From assembly GCA_038212095.1 (NCBI GenBank), contig JBBQUW010000013.1:1232-65231 (forward strand): DNA of 64,000 nt, read 5' to 3'. Shown here in pieces: positions 63,140-64,000 of the stretch. The notes beneath the pieces were generated by a model, which was not told the origin of the DNA, did no database searches, and saw nothing but the letters and a program-made list of their open reading frames with translations. The DNA comes from Gaiellales bacterium. Lineage in GTDB: Bacteria; Actinomycetota; Thermoleophilia; Gaiellales; JAICJC01. Position numbers and translations under genes: made by a program. Position 1 is the first letter of the stretch. Each line of letters starts with the position of its first letter.

Positions 63140-64000
63140 GTGAGCGAAGCCGTGCCCACAGGTTCCATGCCGCCTCCCGCCATAGTTACGCGGACGTTCC
63201 TCATCGCGGACATACGTGGCTACACGCGGTTCACGCGGGAACACGGCGACGAGGCGGCATCCGCGTTGACGGCGCAGTACGCCGCGACGGTGCGCCAAGC
63301 CGTTGCCGACCACGGATGTGAGCTGCTCGAGCTGCGTGGCGACGAAGCGCTGTGCGTGTTTGGTTCGGCCAGGCGGGCCCTCGACGCCGCGGTCGAGCTG
63401 CAGCGACGGCTGCGGACGGCGCGGGAGGGAGTGCCGTTGCTGCCTCTGGGAGTCGGCGTCGGTCTCGATGCGGGCGAGGCGGTGCCGACCGAGGACGGCT
63501 ATCGGGGCGGTGCACTCAACCTTGCGGCACGGCTGTGCAGCATCGCCGCGCCGGGGCAGATTCTGGCCAGCGAGGCGGTCGCGCATCTTGCCGGGCGGGT
63601 CGACGGGCTCACATTCGTACGGCAGCGGCCCGCGACCCTGAAAGGACTCGGAACCACGGTCAGCGTCCTGGAGGTGGTACCGGATCAGCCGCTGCCCCCG
63701 GTGCCACCACCGCCCCCGAACGAGCCGACGCCTCCTCGCGCGCCACGCTCGAGGCTGGTCGGCCTCGCGGTGATCGCGGCCGTGGCAGCGGTTGTGGCGG
63801 CACTCTGGTTCACCCACGGCGGATCGGGCGGGCAGCGCGTTGCGCTCCACAGCAACTCCCTGGTGGAGTTCGACCCGAGCCGCGGTCGGGTGGTCGGCGA
63901 CGTCCCGTTGCGGTCGGCGCCTGGGCAGGTCGTCAGCGGCGGTGGCGCGATCTGGGTCGGCCATGACGACGGCACGATCTCGCGTGTCGGGCCGCAGACG
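63140..64000 (+). CDS. Class III adenylate/guanylate cyclase with a TM segment and extracytoplasmic C-terminal region (partial, runs off window end)
   Basis: Not in the ORF track because it has no stop. Own translation from GTG 63140: ...RTFLIADIRGYTRFTREHGDEAA...LRGDEALCVFGS...GVGLDAGEAV...GGALNLAARLCS..., then a Pro-rich linker, the TM helix LVGLAVIAAVAAVVAALWF, and SNSLVEFDPSRGRVVGDVPL. Confidence 0.75.
   Translation, partial: MSEAVPTGSMPPPAIVTRTFLIADIRGYTRFTREHGDEAASALTAQYAATVRQAVADHGCELLELRGDEALCVFGSARRALDAAVELQRRLRTAREGVPLLPLGVGVGLDAGEAVPTEDGYRGGALNLAARLCSIAAPGQILASEAVAHLAGRVDGLTFVRQRPATLKGLGTTVSVLEVVPDQPLPPVPPPPPNEPTPPRAPRSRLVGLAVIAAVAAVVAALWFTHGGSGGQRVALHSNSLVEFDPSRGRVVGDVPLRSAPGQVVSGGGAIWVGHDDGTISRVGPQT

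Noticed and set aside
1-64000. tRNA, rRNA, CRISPR arrays, IS elements, integrases, toxin-antitoxin or known defence systems
   Set aside because: I looked for T-loop-like GGTTCGA(A/G)TCC motifs, regular short repeats, terminal inverted repeats, and transposase, recombinase or nuclease motifs, and found none. This was a by-eye search only.

Overview
Very G+C-rich sequence (judged by eye, not computed) with the gene content and codon style of an actinobacterium-like chromosome. I support about 65 protein-coding genes. I found no tRNA, rRNA, CRISPR array, transposase, integrase or recognisable defence gene. Many long ORFs in the track are antisense or out-of-frame artefacts of the high G+C. I kept only ORFs with recognisable motifs, membrane topology, or start/stop coupling to neighbours. 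Two genes missing from the ORF track run off the window edges: a GT-C-like fragment at 1..290(-) and a class III nucleotide cyclase at 63140..64000(+). Main contents: two envelope glycoconjugate clusters (1-5960 and 47994-55362), c-di-GMP genes (GGDEF/HD-GYP with DUF5317, and EAL-HDOD), a YcnI-CopC/CopD copper module next to DUF1800/DUF1501, tdh-kbl, a DUF1326-DUF2182-DUF1326 Cys-motif module, a Pat-like acetyltransferase, a MocR regulator operon, an ECF sigma/anti-sigma trio, a MacB-type ABC pair, a VIT1 iron transporter operon and an SPFH gene in a lower-GC patch. The best candidates for undescribed biology are (a) the eight-gene coupled operon 47994-55362 and (b) the coupled trio 38561-42848. 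Operon (a) combines exported CxxCH PSCyt1-like proteins, an AhpD-like protein, a radical SAM, a GT2, a DUF2064::Nudix fusion, a GT-C-like membrane protein and a lipoprotein metallophosphoesterase. Trio (b) has NirD-type Rieske domains fused to a glutamate-synthase-like FMN enzyme and to a TPP enzyme. Neither is proven and all family calls are from motif recognition, not searches. Caveat: five genes carry frame disruptions as sequenced, one in-frame TAG and five single-base indels, with the indels sitting in short G/C runs. This suggests homopolymer sequencing errors or unusually dense pseudogenisation.
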